Source: Massalongia carnosa | Taxonomy: Eukaryota | Direction of reading: 5' to 3' | Length of the DNA stretch: 64,000 nt | Assembly: GCA_965645245.1 (NCBI GenBank) | Contig: OZ287086.1 | Span: 806,001-870,000 of the forward strand | Shown: piece by piece, positions 1-13,500 of the stretch | Position numbering within the stretch: position 1 is the stretch's first letter | How the letters are laid out: the number at the start of each line of letters is the position of its first letter | Notes under the pieces: generated by a model | Databases searched by the model: none | Seen by the model: the letters and a program-made list of their open reading frames with translations, nothing else | What the model was told of the DNA's origin: nothing | Made by a program: the position numbers and the translations under genes

Positions 1-2904
1 CCAAGGTTTAATAAAATGATTTGATTGTTTAAATTCATCAGTTTTGTGAACTATATCGGAAACGGAATGAAGAACGCGAATAAGCTGACTAGGATGTCGT
101 TTATTTGTTTGTTTTTCGTCTTCGTTCCATTCGGCATATTTGTTGTTCCATAAACTTGTGTCAAAACCGATATTTTCGAATTTTATCGAATATGTGTTTG
201 GAATTCTTTGACAAATAGGGTTATTTTCGGCAATCTTCAATAATCGAATTGCGTATTTATGATTTTTCATTAATAATCGAAGTTTAACTGGTAAAACATG
301 TGATTCAATTTCCATCGCCTGAATAGGTATGGTTTTGAAAGTTCCTAAAATCTTTCGAATCATTTGATTTTGTAGGTTCTGAAATAGTTTTTCATATTTC
401 TTTTGACCATTATACCAAATTTCTGAGCCGTAGTCCGAAATAGGAATAATGCATGACATATAGAGCTATCTGCATGCGGTCGGTTTCAGACCCCATTCGG
501 ATTTCATCAAATTCTGAATTGCAAAAAACGATCGATTCGCAGAAGAGATCCGCGTTTCGACGTGTTTTTTGAAATTTAGTTTTCGGTCTAACCAGACGCC
601 CAACCATTTGACTACATTTTTCGGTTCTAGTACTGTCCCGTTTGGTAATTCCAATGTGTCTTTCGATACATTTCTTGTCTTTTCGAAGTGAATCAGCTCG
701 GATTTATCGTCATCAAATTTGACATTATTCGATGCGGCCCAATCAAAGGCCGTTTTGACTATGATTTCGATTTCTTTGCAATTCTGTTTTGCAGTTTTAT
801 TTTCGACATATATTGCAACATCGTCAATAAAACTGGGAGAATGTGCATTGAATTTCATTCGTATTTTCGGAAACAAGTGACGAATGTAAATCAGAAATAG
901 AATAGGCGAGATTGGTGAGCCTTGTGGAATTCCTGATTCGACATAATATGTTTTTCTTAAATTTTCATCAAATATCAAATTGATCGATCGCTTTGTCATG
1001 AAATCCTTGACCCATTGAATTATTATGCGAGATAATTTCAGCTTTTTCATAACATTTAGCAGTTGATTAATCGAGACAAAGTCAAATGCGCCTTTGACAT
1101 CGAGTAATAAACATGATAAGACGTTTTTATTTCTATTTGCAATTTCAATATCATGAACAACGTTCATTACTGCGTCAATTGCAGAATGATTTTTGCGTCC
1201 GCCCATCTGTTCGATATCGAGTAAATTCGAATTTTCGCCGAAGTAGGCTAGTCAATTTGCAACGATTTTCTCAGCAATTTTACCAAGACAATTTAATAAT
1301 GTGATAATTCGATATGATTTTGGAAACGAATAGTCCGATTTATTAGGTTTTTTCAGAACTGCACCGAGTCCTGTCCGCCAGCATAACGGGTGATAACCGA
1401 TTCGAATGAATTTCGAATAAATCATGAAAAACACGTTTTTCAACGATTGAAACGATTTTTGAACAATTGTAAAATTGATTGCATCAGGTCCACATGCTTT
1501 CTTCGGATTAAATAAACTAATCGCATTTTTCAACTCGTTTTCGGTCAAATCTGGCCAATTATCATCATTTACGCTGTCTTGATTTGATAAATCTTCCTCA
1601 TTATCGTCAATAAATGGGTTTTTTGTATACATTGCTGACACAAATGCATCGCATTTGTCATCAAACTGAACATTTAGCTTGTTTTCATGTAGAATCGGCG
1701 GTATTTTTTCGAATATTCGCGGTTTAGTGTATTTATACGCGGTAAATACATCTTTATTTGCTGCATTTTCAAGAAAAGTCAACCATGTTTTTTGTTTTGC
1801 TTTTCGAATTGCATGAAAATACTCGATTCGACTATGTTTAAACGTCCGATGACTAAAATCGGACGGATAATTCTTCCATTCTCGACGATGTCTGCACATG
1901 GTTTTTCGAAGTTCCGTTAAATCATGCGACCACCAATTTTTCGATTTTGCACAAATTTTCGTTTTCGGAATAAACATTTCAGCCGCGTTTTTGATAACGT
2001 TTTGCAAATATATCGCTGATTCGTCGAATTGATGATTATTCAATAAACTTTGAACTTGTGATTCGTAGATGGTTGAATTTTCGTCTAGATACTTCGCGAA
2101 TTTATTCCAATCAGCTTTATTGCAATTGTATTTATTCGATAATGCGGTTGCATGTGACGTAAAGTTTTTGAAAGATGCGATTAGTTCAAATCGGATGACT
2201 TCATGATCAGAACCTGTGACAGCGTTTTCATCGATTGACCAATTTGTAATTGCATTTTCGATTTTAGAATTTGCAAAAGTTAAATCAATAACAGATGATG
2301 AACTTCCAGAATGGGCGTAGTATGTACATAAGTCAGGTTTGTTTATCAAGCTACACCTGTTTGATTTCAACCATTTGACAAGATTTTCTGATCGAATTGC
2401 TTGTTGAATTTTCGAATTCCACCAGTTATGATGTGCATTGAAATCTCCACAGATGACGAATTGATCAGTTGATTTTGGTTGTAATTGGATTAAAAGTCGA
2501 TCGATCGTGTATGTTTCTCGATCACTTTGACTTTTTTCGTTATAAATATTGAAAATCTGCATTTTTCGAACTTCATCAATTGTAATTTCAATAATTTGCA
2601 TATCGGAATCGTGAATAAGATCCGTTCTAGGCGTGCATTGCAGTTTGGAATTGCCATTTGTGACAAATATAGCTACTCTCGAGCGATAAGTCGCTATTTT
2701 CGGCATAATACATGTAAATGACGGATGTGATATTGTTTTTTGATCTCGTGTCCATGGTTCCTGAAACAAAACAATATCAATTTGATTTGATAAAGCATAT
2801 TCCAAACACGATATCATTGCATTCGTTGACTTTGCACAATTATGTTGAATAAATTTAACATTTTGTGTATTTTCGATGTTTGTCAACGAATGCTGTCCTG
2901 CCAT
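1..2904 (-). pseudogene. LINE A ORF2 (APE endonuclease + RT), nonsense codons
   Basis: QEP/GDFNAHH/SDH APE motifs; GIPQGSPISP and FIDD RT motifs; stops CGA>TGA (1252) and CAG>TAG (466). Confidence 0.93.
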
Positions 2905-4562
2905 TACAAAGCGGCTAATTCGTCAGTCGATTTTCGAACATTTAACGATATAACCATTTCACAATTTTCATCATTGGATTGATGATTCTTGTTGCAATTC
3001 GCGCATTTGACGACGGCGTGTGCACAAGCAATTTTTGACTTGCATGTTGTGCATTCATGATTGCGTGTTTCATGGTTTTGCGCACATATGCTGCATTTCG
3101 CTTGACTTTTGCATTGATAATGCTTGTGTCCAAATTTTTGACAATTAATGCATTGTGTGTTTGGACGAACGGAGGTAAATATTTCCGTGTCACAATGTCG
3201 GCCCGCGATATTGACTCCTTTTAACGCGTTCAAGGCCATATTTCGATCATTGAATGTCAAAACAACGGATGATTTGATCTTGTTATGACGATCACGTGCT
3301 AGCCATCTGGGAACATCGCATAATTGCATGTTCTAATTGAACTTTTGAATTTCGTCTTGCAAATATTGCATGTTTTCATCAAATGTTGCAATATTTACAC
3401 CGTGTGCGACGACTTTGAACCACGATTCGTCCTTTCGAACTGTTCGTGGGTCGAATAAATGCTCCCATATTGATTTATTGTTCAATAAATCTTCAGCAGT
3501 GTTATCAGGACTAGTAGTCAGAACGATGTTTTGACCCGTTTTGGACTTTTCGACCGTGTTAACAACGATAGTCAATTTCGCGTCATTAAAAAGCGAATTG
3601 ATTTGGTTTCGAAGCAACAGTGAATGGATATCGCCGATTTGAGCTTTCGGTGTGATTATCAATCGTCGAGATTTGATCGCCTTGAAATCGTCAGTATTAT
3701 CGAATTTGTTCGCATTCGAATTATTGTTGTTGTTCTTGTTTGTTTTTTTGGATCGAGGAACGGTAGTCCAATTTTCGGAATTGACAGTCGCTTTTCCGAG
3801 CATTTGGCTCCATGTTCTAGCTGTATCGTTGACCTGCGGCCCTGGGACTCGGGCGGTCTCGCTCCGAATTTATGGGTTGACGTTTTGAGTCAAATTCGAA
3901 TTTCCATTTGAATTTCCCTTCGATTTTGTCTGTATAGGTTGCACCGATTGTCTCTTTGTTTCTGGAATTTGGCTAGTTTGTTCTAGCACCCTATTCACTT
4001 TCCAATCAATCATTTCTAACGTTGCTTTTGGCTTGATCGATTTCTTTGCCAGTAGAGAATTGACGTGATCGATGACCATAGCCGTTTCGGGGTTTTGATC
4101 TATTACGAATGACTCTAATAATGCATTTTTTACCGTATTCAATAGTTGAATCGATTTTGATCGATTGATGACTTCTTGACTCTCAATCGAATGTTCGTTA
4201 AATGTTCGTCTTTTGTTGCGTTTAATTGGTGGACTCAGTCGAATATCAGAATTCAATGATGGCATGGGCAGATTGGTACTGAATTCACCAGATGTCGCGA
4301 CAAAAGGTTTCGTTTTTGGGGTGGGTGTGGACGGTTCGGACGAAAATTCTCGCGTTTGGTCCATGGCCTCCGTGGATTCTACGGTTAGGGGGTTGCTCCC
4401 AATTATCGCTACCGAAGATGGCGTGGGGGAGTCGGTTCGGGGGGGGCACGGGGGAGTACTCGGGGGGACCCATAGATGTTGTGGAGGGGGGCCTGGGGGA
4501 GGAGTTGTTGGTATCAATCGATTTGGTCTATGACCTATCGGGTTAAATCTTCGATTGAGCAT
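2904..4562 (-). pseudogene. LINE A ORF1 (gag-like, CCHC knuckles), 2 nonsense codons
   Basis: ORF pieces 3870-4562, 3333-3803 and 2904-3329 are colinear with C ORF1; stops GAA>TAA (3870) and TCG>TAG (3333). Confidence 0.93.
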
Positions 4563-5426
4563 AGTGTTTTTGCCTTTGCAATATCCCTTTAATCGCCACC
4601 AAATAATTTATTCTGACTTTCCCCGGACGTACTAGTCAGAATAGAATTTACACCTGTTTGTTTACTGGTCAAATGACTCTTTCTTTCCTATCCCTATTTA
4701 TTTGACTATAACGCGTCAAATAAATCCTAATCGAGTTAAAATAGACCGTTCCTCGCTAAGGCAGTAAGTCTTATTTAACCCTTTACCAGACACTACAATA
4801 GGTGAAAATAATGAAAGTTTTTTTTTTGCTTTTTTCAATAAAGATAAATTTTAATGCAATGTAAGACAATAGGAGACTTCCTATTCTGATTAATCTGAAA
4901 CAGGACCTCTGGTATAATCCTATTCCAGACGTTTTTCCCCTTCTTTTCAGTGATCTGTTGACCGGCCGTTCAACGAAGATCTATAAAGCCGAAAATGGAA
5001 TGTGCAAAAATTATACGTGAAATATGCTCTGAAAATTTGTGCTTGCGGAAGTTCCCGTAACCTTAAATGAGGAATGAACTTTAGAAGACTCTGACGTCGC
5101 GACAGTTGTTGTACAGTCCCGCGAGAGTAGATAATTTTTGTAGATAATTTTTATAGTAATAATTGAAGGTCATGCGACAACAGAACAGAAGAAAACAAGA
5201 AAAAAGAGCGATTTTTGGTGAGGTTGTTGGTATTTGTTGTTTTTTCCAACTTCTAGAGCGCGCTTTATCACGTCGGTCGCGTGCGACCAGCAGAAAAACT
5301 CTGCTGGAGCTTTGCTAGAGCTCTCCTACACTCAATCTGAGAGCGTTTTAACTCTGGAGGAGCGCAAATGACTGAGAAATAGAGGCTCAATTGACTGTTA
5401 AAGTTATAGTGTATCAAAAGTTGCGG

Positions 5427-5762
5427 TGTAAAAAACCCGTGGGGCGTGGTATGCAATGGCGGCCACCGTACGGAGACCGTCTGCATAGCCCGAGAGGACA
5501 GTATGCGCATGTCGGTGTATATAGAGCAGGGAATGTCTATTTCGCTTGTAACGAGACCCCGTCGGTTCTCCGGCGCATGGGCTACGGCTAGACTCGCCCT
5601 TGATATATGCTTAAGGAGTAAACTGGGTTTGACCTGGGCGAAAGGGACGTCGTTTTTCCCAATCGTAGAATTCATCAATAATCTTGGGCCGTAAAACGCA
5701 CTAGTGAGATGAACGAAAACTGGGATAGAGACTTCACGAAGGAGATGTCAACTCTATTTTAT
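5427..5762. other. Unassigned ~335 bp segment between LINE A and LINE B, possibly an LTR fragment or the 5'UTR of B
   Basis: Begins TG at the exact break of A; contains tgtatatagag; unrelated to the C/D/F 5'UTR; no TSD or partner found. Confidence 0.3.
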
Positions 5763-5774
5763 CATTCTTAGCCG

Positions 5775-7239
5775 GTGGCGTTGATAGGGAGCTCTCCCCG
5801 TCTTGAACCTATGGATCAAACTCGCGAATATGCATCAGCCCCGTCAACACCGACACCAAAGGCAACGAAATTCCCATCGGGTCTATTTTCCACTATCTTG
5901 CCGATGCCTTCATTGAACTTAAACATTGGATCAAGCCCACCAATCAAACGAAATAAAAGACGCACATTTGACGAACATTCGAGAGATAGCCAAGAAGCGA
6001 TCAATCGGGCAAATTCAATTGAGCTTCTAAAGTCGGCCAAAAAAGCATTATTGCAATCATTTATACTCGACCAAAATCCAAAACGGCTATCGTAATTGAC
6101 AACGTTAATTAGTTGATTTCGAAAAAATCAATCAATTTACAAACATCCTTAGATATGATTAACTATAAAATGGGCATAGTACTTGATCAAACTAGTCATC
6201 TTTCCTCAAAAACGTCACAACAACAAACGACTCCACTAGAGAATGGTCCAAAAATCCAAAAACCTGTTGTTAAATTGAATGAAAATCAATTATCGAAAAT
6301 CAGACCATTCGCAAATGAGCCACCGGGGTCTCTGGTAACAATGTTAGCACAACCGGTACATGGAGTCAAATGCTTGGAAAAGCAACAGAAAACTCCGAAA
6401 ATTGGACTACTATTCAAAGGAAAAGTTCGAATCATAATTCGAACAAAATCGATCGATTTGATGCAATCAAGGCCAGACGACTCGTGATTTCACCGAAAAA
6501 TCCTGGCGCTCAAATCGACTCTATGAAGTTGCGTGATCAAATTAACGCGCTATTAAAAAACGCAAATTTAAACATCATCGTCAATACTGTTGAAAAGTCC
6601 AAAACCGGTCAGAATATCGTTCTCACCACTAGCCCTGACAACAATGCCGAAGAATTGTTGAAAAATAAATCTTCATGGGAACACATTTTCGAATCACAAA
6701 GAATTCGAAAAGACGAATCCTGGTTTAAAGTTATAGCACACGGAGTAAATATCTCGTTATTCGATAATAACATGCAATATTTGCAAACCGAAATCGAAAA
6801 ATACAATTCGAATATGCAACTATGCGATTTACCAAGATGACTTGCTCGGAATCGTCAAAACAAAGTCGCGTCGTCGGTAGTTTTGACTTTCAATAATCAA
6901 AATCAAGCGTCAAACGCGTTAAGAGGCGTGAATATCGCGGGTAGACATTGTGACACGGAAATATTTGCTTCCGTTCGTCCAAACAAGCAATGTATTAATT
7001 GTCAGAAATTTGGACATAAGCATTATCAATGCAAAAGTCCGGCAAAATGCAATATATGCGCACAAAGTTATGAAACGCATAATCATGAATGCACAACATG
7101 CAAGTCTAAAATCGCATGCGCACATGCAATTCTGAAATGCGTCAATTGCAACAAAAATCATCAATCGAACGATATAGGTTGCGAAATGTTTATCTCGCTA
7201 AATCCTAGAAAATCGAATGATGAATTAATGCTTGGTTAA
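5775..7239 (+). pseudogene. LINE B ORF1, frameshifted and stopped
   Basis: Homologous to C/D ORF1 (PMPSLN, SPPIKRNKRRTF, CINCQKFGHKHYQC). Confidence 0.9.
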
Positions 7240-10200
7240 TGGCGGGACAACATTCGTTGACAAATATCGAAAATAAACAAAATGTCAAATTTATTCAACA
7301 TAATTGTGCAAAGTCAACGAATGCAATGATTTCGTGTCTGGAATATGCAGTATTAAATCGTGTTGATATTGTTTTATTTCAGGAACCATGGACGCGAGAT
7401 CAAAAAACAATTTCCCATCCGTCATTCACATGTATTATGCCGAAAATAGCGACTTATCGGCCGAGAGTAGCTACATTCGTTACAAAATGCAATCCAATAT
7501 TACAATACACGCCTAGAACGGATCTTATAAACGATACTGATCTGAAAATTATCGAAATTACAATTGATGAAGTTCGAAAAGTGCAGATCTTTAACCTTTA
7601 CAATGAAAAAAGTCTAAACGATCGAGAAACATATACAATCGATCGACTTTTAGTTAAATATCAACCTATATCAACTGATCAATTTATCATATGTGGAGAT
7701 TTCAATGCACATCATAGCTGGTGGAATTCGAAGATTTAAAATGCAATTCGATCAGAAAATCTAGTCAAATGGTTAAAATTAAACAAATGTAGTTTGATAA
7801 ATACGCCTGATCTATATAAATATTTTGCTCATTCAGGAAACTCTTCATCTATTATTGATTTAACATTTGCAAATTCTAAAATCGAAAACGCAATTACAAA
7901 TTGGTCAATCGATGAAAACGCAGTCACGGGTTCAGATCATGAAGTTATTCGATTTGAACTTATCGCGTCTTTCAAGAACTTGACGTCACACGCAACCGCA
8001 TTATCGAATAAATACAACTGCAATAAAGCCGATTGGGATAAATTCGCGAAGTTTCTAAAGGAAAATGCAATTAACTACGAGTCCCAAATACAAAGTCTAT
8101 TGAACAATTATCAATTAATGAATCAGCGTTATATTTGCAAAACGTTATCAAAAACGCGGCTGAAATGTTTATTCCGAAGACAAAAATATGCGCAAAATCG
8201 AAAAATTGGAGGTCGCAAGATTTAACCGGATTTCGAAAAATCATGTGGAGACATCGTCGAGAATGGAAGAATAATCCGTCCTATTTTAGTCATCAAACAT
8301 TTAGACATAGTCGAATCGAGTACTTTCATGCAATTCGAAAAGCGAAACAGCAAACTTGGTTGGCTTTCCTCGAAAACGCAGCGAATAAAGACGTATTTAC
8401 AGCTTATAAATATACTAAACCGCGCATGTTCGAAAAAATACCACCTATTCAATATGAAAATAAGTTAAATGTTAAATTCTATCACAAATGCGATGCGTTT
8501 GTGTCAGCAATGTATACAAAAAACCCGTTCACGGATGATAATATTGAAGATTTAACGAATCAAGACAGCGAAAATGACAACAATTGGCCGAGTTTAACCG
8601 AAAATGAATTGCAAAATGCGATTAGTTTGTTTAATCCAAAGAAATCATGTGGACCTGATGCAATCAATTCCACAATAATTCAAAAATCGTTTAAACCACT
8701 GAAAAACGTGTTTTTCACTATTTATTCTAAATTTATACAAATCGGTTATCACCCGTTATGTTGGCGAACAGGACTCGGTGCTGTTTTAAAAAAACCTAAT
8801 AAACCAGACTACTCGCTGCCAAAATCATATCGAATTATTACCTTACTGAATTGTCTTGGTAAAATTGCGTAGAAACTAGTTGCTAATCGACTAGCCTACC
8901 TCGGCGAAAATTCGAGCTTGTTAGATACCGAACAAATGGGCGGACGCAAAAATCATTCTGCAATCGATGCGGTAATAAACGTCGTTCATGATATCGAAAT
9001 CGCAAACCGAAACAAAAAGTTTTATCATGTCTATTACTCGATGTCAAAGGAGCATTTGACTTTGTTTCGATTAATCAATTGCTAAATGTCATGAAAAAGT
9101 TGCATTTATCTCGCATAGTTATTCAATGGGTCAAGCATTTTATGACCAAACGATCGATCAATTTGATATTCGATGAACACAAAAGCAAAACGTACTATAT
9201 CGAATGTGGAATTCCACAAGGTTCACCAATTTCGCCAATTCTATTTCTGGTTTATATTCGTTACTTATTTCCGAAAATACGAATGAAATTCAATGCTCAT
9301 TCACCTAGCTTTAAAGAAGATGTTGCAATATATGTCGAAAATAAAACTGCCAAACAGAATTGCAAAGAAATCGCAATTATCGTCAAAACAGCTTTTGATT
9401 GGGCCGCAACGAATAATGTCAAATTTGATGACGACAAATCTGAGTTGATTCACCTCGAAAAGTCAAGAAATGCATCAAAAGACAAAGTGCAATTACAAAA
9501 CGGGACAATACTAGAACCGAAAAATTCTGTCAAATGGTTAGGAGTCTGGTTAGACCGAAAACTAAATTACAAAAAACACGTCGAAACGCGAATTGCTTCT
9601 GCAAACCGATCGTTTTTCGCAATTCAAAATTTGATGAAGTCTGAATGGGGACTAAAGCCAACTGCATGCAGACAGCTCTATTTGTCATGCATTATTCCTA
9701 TTTCGGACTATGGCTCAGAAATCTGGTATAACGGTCAAAAGAAATATGAAAAGCTATTTCAGAATCTGCAAAATCGAATGATTCGAAAGATTTTAGGCAC
9801 ATTCAAAACCACGCCTGTTCAGGCGATGGAAATTGAATCGTATATTTTACCAGCCAAGCTAAGATTGTTGATGAAAAATAAAAAATACGCAATTCGATTA
9901 TTGAAGATTGCCGAAAATATCCCTATTTGTCAAAGAATTCCCAGTACCTATTCGGTGAAATTCGAAAACATCGGTTTTGACACTAGTTTATGGAACAACA
10001 GATATGCTGAATGGAACGAAGACGAGAAAAAAATCGAGTAAACCTCATCCTAGTCAGCTTATCCGTATTCTTCGTTCCATTTCGGATATAGTTCACAAAA
10101 CTGATGAATTCGAATCAGTAAATAATTTCATCAAACCATGGAAGCCGTCTTGTAAAATCAAGTTCCAAATCGAAAGATCAAAAGAAACAGCAAAGTCAAG

Positions 10201-10303
10201 TTATTATTCGACTTTATCAAAAATTCAATCAATAAACGCCGATAAATCGCAAATGCTACTCTATATCGAGGGATCAAAAACCGAGTTTTCAACTTCCGCT
10301 GTC
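7239..10303 (+). pseudogene. LINE B ORF2 5' part (APE, RT, start of RNase H)
   Basis: Pieces 7239-7739, 7794-8225, 8135-8872, 9079-10041 and 9977-10303; RT catalytic FIDD changed to FKED. Confidence 0.9.
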
Positions 10304-10550
10304 TTTTTTTTATTTTTTTATTTTTTTATTTATTCATTAAGTGTATTCAACCTAAGGTTATGACACTAAACTATTTTAGGATATGTTTCTATATTACAAA
10401 TAAATCAACCCTTTATAACCCATCTATGTATTGTCAATTTTTCCCCATTTTTACTCCGTGTTAGTAACAACCTATAGTAATCGAAGAATATCGATTTTAA
10501 AATTTGTCTTTGTAAGTTCGTGAATGTTTCAGCATAAATCGTTTCTGATT

Positions 10551-13500
10551 TTACTGTTCGATCTCTCCCCAACCTCCAGTTTCGAAAATCTCGTCATCAA
10601 GCTGACCTAGTATCCATTTTCTTGTCGCGATTTTGTTATTGACAATGAATTTAATCAAAATGTCATTTCCGATTTTTGTATTAAACAACATATTCAAGTT
10701 GATGGTAGTATCGATATTTTGTTTCATGTTTTGAATTTCATCGAAATAGTGAATGCAATTCAATAACAAGTGTTCTGGCGTTTGTCGTTGATTGCATCGA
10801 TTTGTGCATTTTGACGAATTATAATCTTTCAATCGCTGTAAATAAGATCGAAAATAGCCGTGTCCGAATTTTAATTGCATAATAGTAGCAAATATCAATT
10901 TGGAACAGTTGTTTGATAAATAATAAAATCTCGATATGCCAGGTTTCATTTCGAATTTCTCGTAGTATTTGCCTTTTGATTTGCATTGTTGCCATTGATT
11001 CGTCCATGTGGTTAGCATATTTTGATTTATTTGATCTTTTACATAATCAAATGTTATCGCCGAGGACTCGACTAGGATTTGATTTTGGCCCGTCTTTGCT
11101 ATTTTGTCTGCAATTTCGTTTTCGGTAATATTTGAATGACTCGGAACCCATTGCAAAATCACCTGAAAATTGCTTTCAAATAAGATTTTTGCGAGCTTTC
11201 GAATTTGTCTGGCGAAAATATGATTTGTCAAGTTCTGAATTTCGTTTATCGCGTTTATACTATCAGAAAAAATCCAAATCGTTTTTTCTAAGTTCGATAA
11301 AATATTAGTATTCGACATTTTATAGACCCATTTCATTGCTTGTAAAATCGCATGCAGTTCAGCATTTTTAATGCTTGACTTTTTGCTTAATTTCCAGCTT
11401 TTCGAAATCGTATGATACTTGATCAGACAATCTTTTTCGATAAATCGATTAAAATTATTGATAATATTACTCCAATTCCTTATAACTGGCGCAAATGTGA
11501 CTGCAGACGTTGCAAATTCTATTTTCGATCCATCTGTATAAAGTAAAACTCGGGATTTATCGGAGTTCATTGATTTAATTTTGGATAAGGTCGAATAATA
11601 ACTTGATTTAGCAGATTCCTTTGTATTTTCGATTTGAAATTTGATTTTGCAAGGCGATTTCCAAGGTTTAATAAAATGATTTGATTGTTCAAATTCATCA
11701 GTTTTGTGAACTATATCGGAAACGGAATGAAGAACGCGAATAAGCTGACTAGGATGTCGTTTATTTGTTTGTTTTTCGTCTTCGTTCCATTCGGCATATT
11801 TGTTGTTCCATAAAATTGTGTCAAAACCGATATTTTCGAATTTTATCGAATATGTATTTGGAATTCTTTGACAAATAGGGTTATTTTCGGCAATCTTCAA
11901 TAATCGAATTGCGTATTTTTGATTTTTCATTAATAATCGAAGTTTAACTGGTAAAACATGTGATTCAATTTCCATCGCCTGAATAGGTGTGGTTTTGAAA
12001 GTTCCTAAAATCTTTCGAATCATTTGATTTTGTAGGTTCTGAAATAGTTTTTCATATTTCTTTTGACCATTATACCAAATTTCTGAGCCGTAGTCCGAAA
12101 TAGGAATAATGCATGACATATAGAGCTGTCTGCATGCGGTCGGTTTCAGACCCCATTCGGATTTCATCAAATTCTGAATTGCAAAAAACGATCGATTCGC
12201 AGAAGAGATCCGCGTTTCGACGTGTTTTTTGAAATTTAGTTTTCGGTCTAACCAGACGCCCAACCATTTGACTACATTTTTCGGTTCTAGTACTGTCCCG
12301 TTTGGTAATTCCAATTTGTCTTTCGATACATTTCTTGTCTTTTCGAAGTGAATCAGCTCAGATTTATCGTCATCAAATTTGACATTATTCGATGCGGCCC
12401 AATCAAAGGCCGTTTTGACTATGATTTCGATTTCTTTGCAATTCTGTTTTGCAGTTTTATTTTCGACATATATTGCAACATCGTCAATAAAACTGGGAGA
12501 ATGTGCATTGAATTTCATTCGTATTTTCGGAAACAAGTGACGAATGTAAATCAGAAATAGAATAGGCGAGATTGGTGAGCCTTGTGGAATTCCTGATTCG
12601 ACATAATATGTTTTGCTTAAATTTTCATCAAATATCAAATTGATCGATCGCTTTGTCATGAAATGCTTGACCCATTGAATTATTATGCGAGATAATTTCA
12701 GTTTTTTCATAACATTTAGCAGTTGATTAATCGAGACAAAGTCAAATGCGCCTTTGACATCGAGTAATAAACATGATAAAACGTTTTTATTTCTATTTGC
12801 AATTTCAATATCATGAACAACGTTCATTACTGCGTCAATTGCAGAATGATTTTTGCGTCCGCCCATCTGTTCGATATCGAGTAAATTCGAATTTTCGCCG
12901 AAGTAGGCTAGTCGATTTGCAACGATTTTCTCAGCAATTTTACCAAGACAATTTAATAATGTGATAATTCGATATGATTTTGGAAACGAATAGTCCGATT
13001 TATTAGGTGTTTTCAGAACTGCACCGAGTCCTGTCCGCCAGCATAACGGGTGATAACCGATTCGAATGAATTTCGAATAAATCATGAAAAACACGTTTTT
13101 CAACGATTGAAACGATTTTTGAACAATTGTAAAATTGATTGCATCAGGTCCACATGCTTTCTTCGGATTAAATAAACTAATCGCATTTTTCAACTCGTTT
13201 TCGGTCAAATCTGGCCAATTATCATCATTTACGCTGTCTTGATTTGATAAATCTTCCTCATTATCGTCAATAAATGGGTTTTTTGTATACATTGCTGACA
13301 CAAATGCATCGCATTTGTCATCAAACTGAACATTTAGCTTGTTTTCATGTAGAATCGGCGGTATTTTTTCGAATATTCGCGGTTTAGTGTATTTATACGC
13401 GGTAAATACATCTTTATTTGCTGCATTTTCAAGAAAAGTCAACCATGTTTGTTGTTTTGCTTTTCGAATTGCATGAAAATACTCGATTCGACTATGTTTA

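Larger units (their letters stand above)
1..5427 (-). mobile_element. Tad1-like LINE copy A: 5'UTR, ORF1, ORF2; 3' part runs off the window; degenerate
   Basis: Near-identical to intact copy C; match ends at ...aaaagttgcggt (5427), about 20 bp short of the 5' terminus seen in C and F. Confidence 0.95.
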
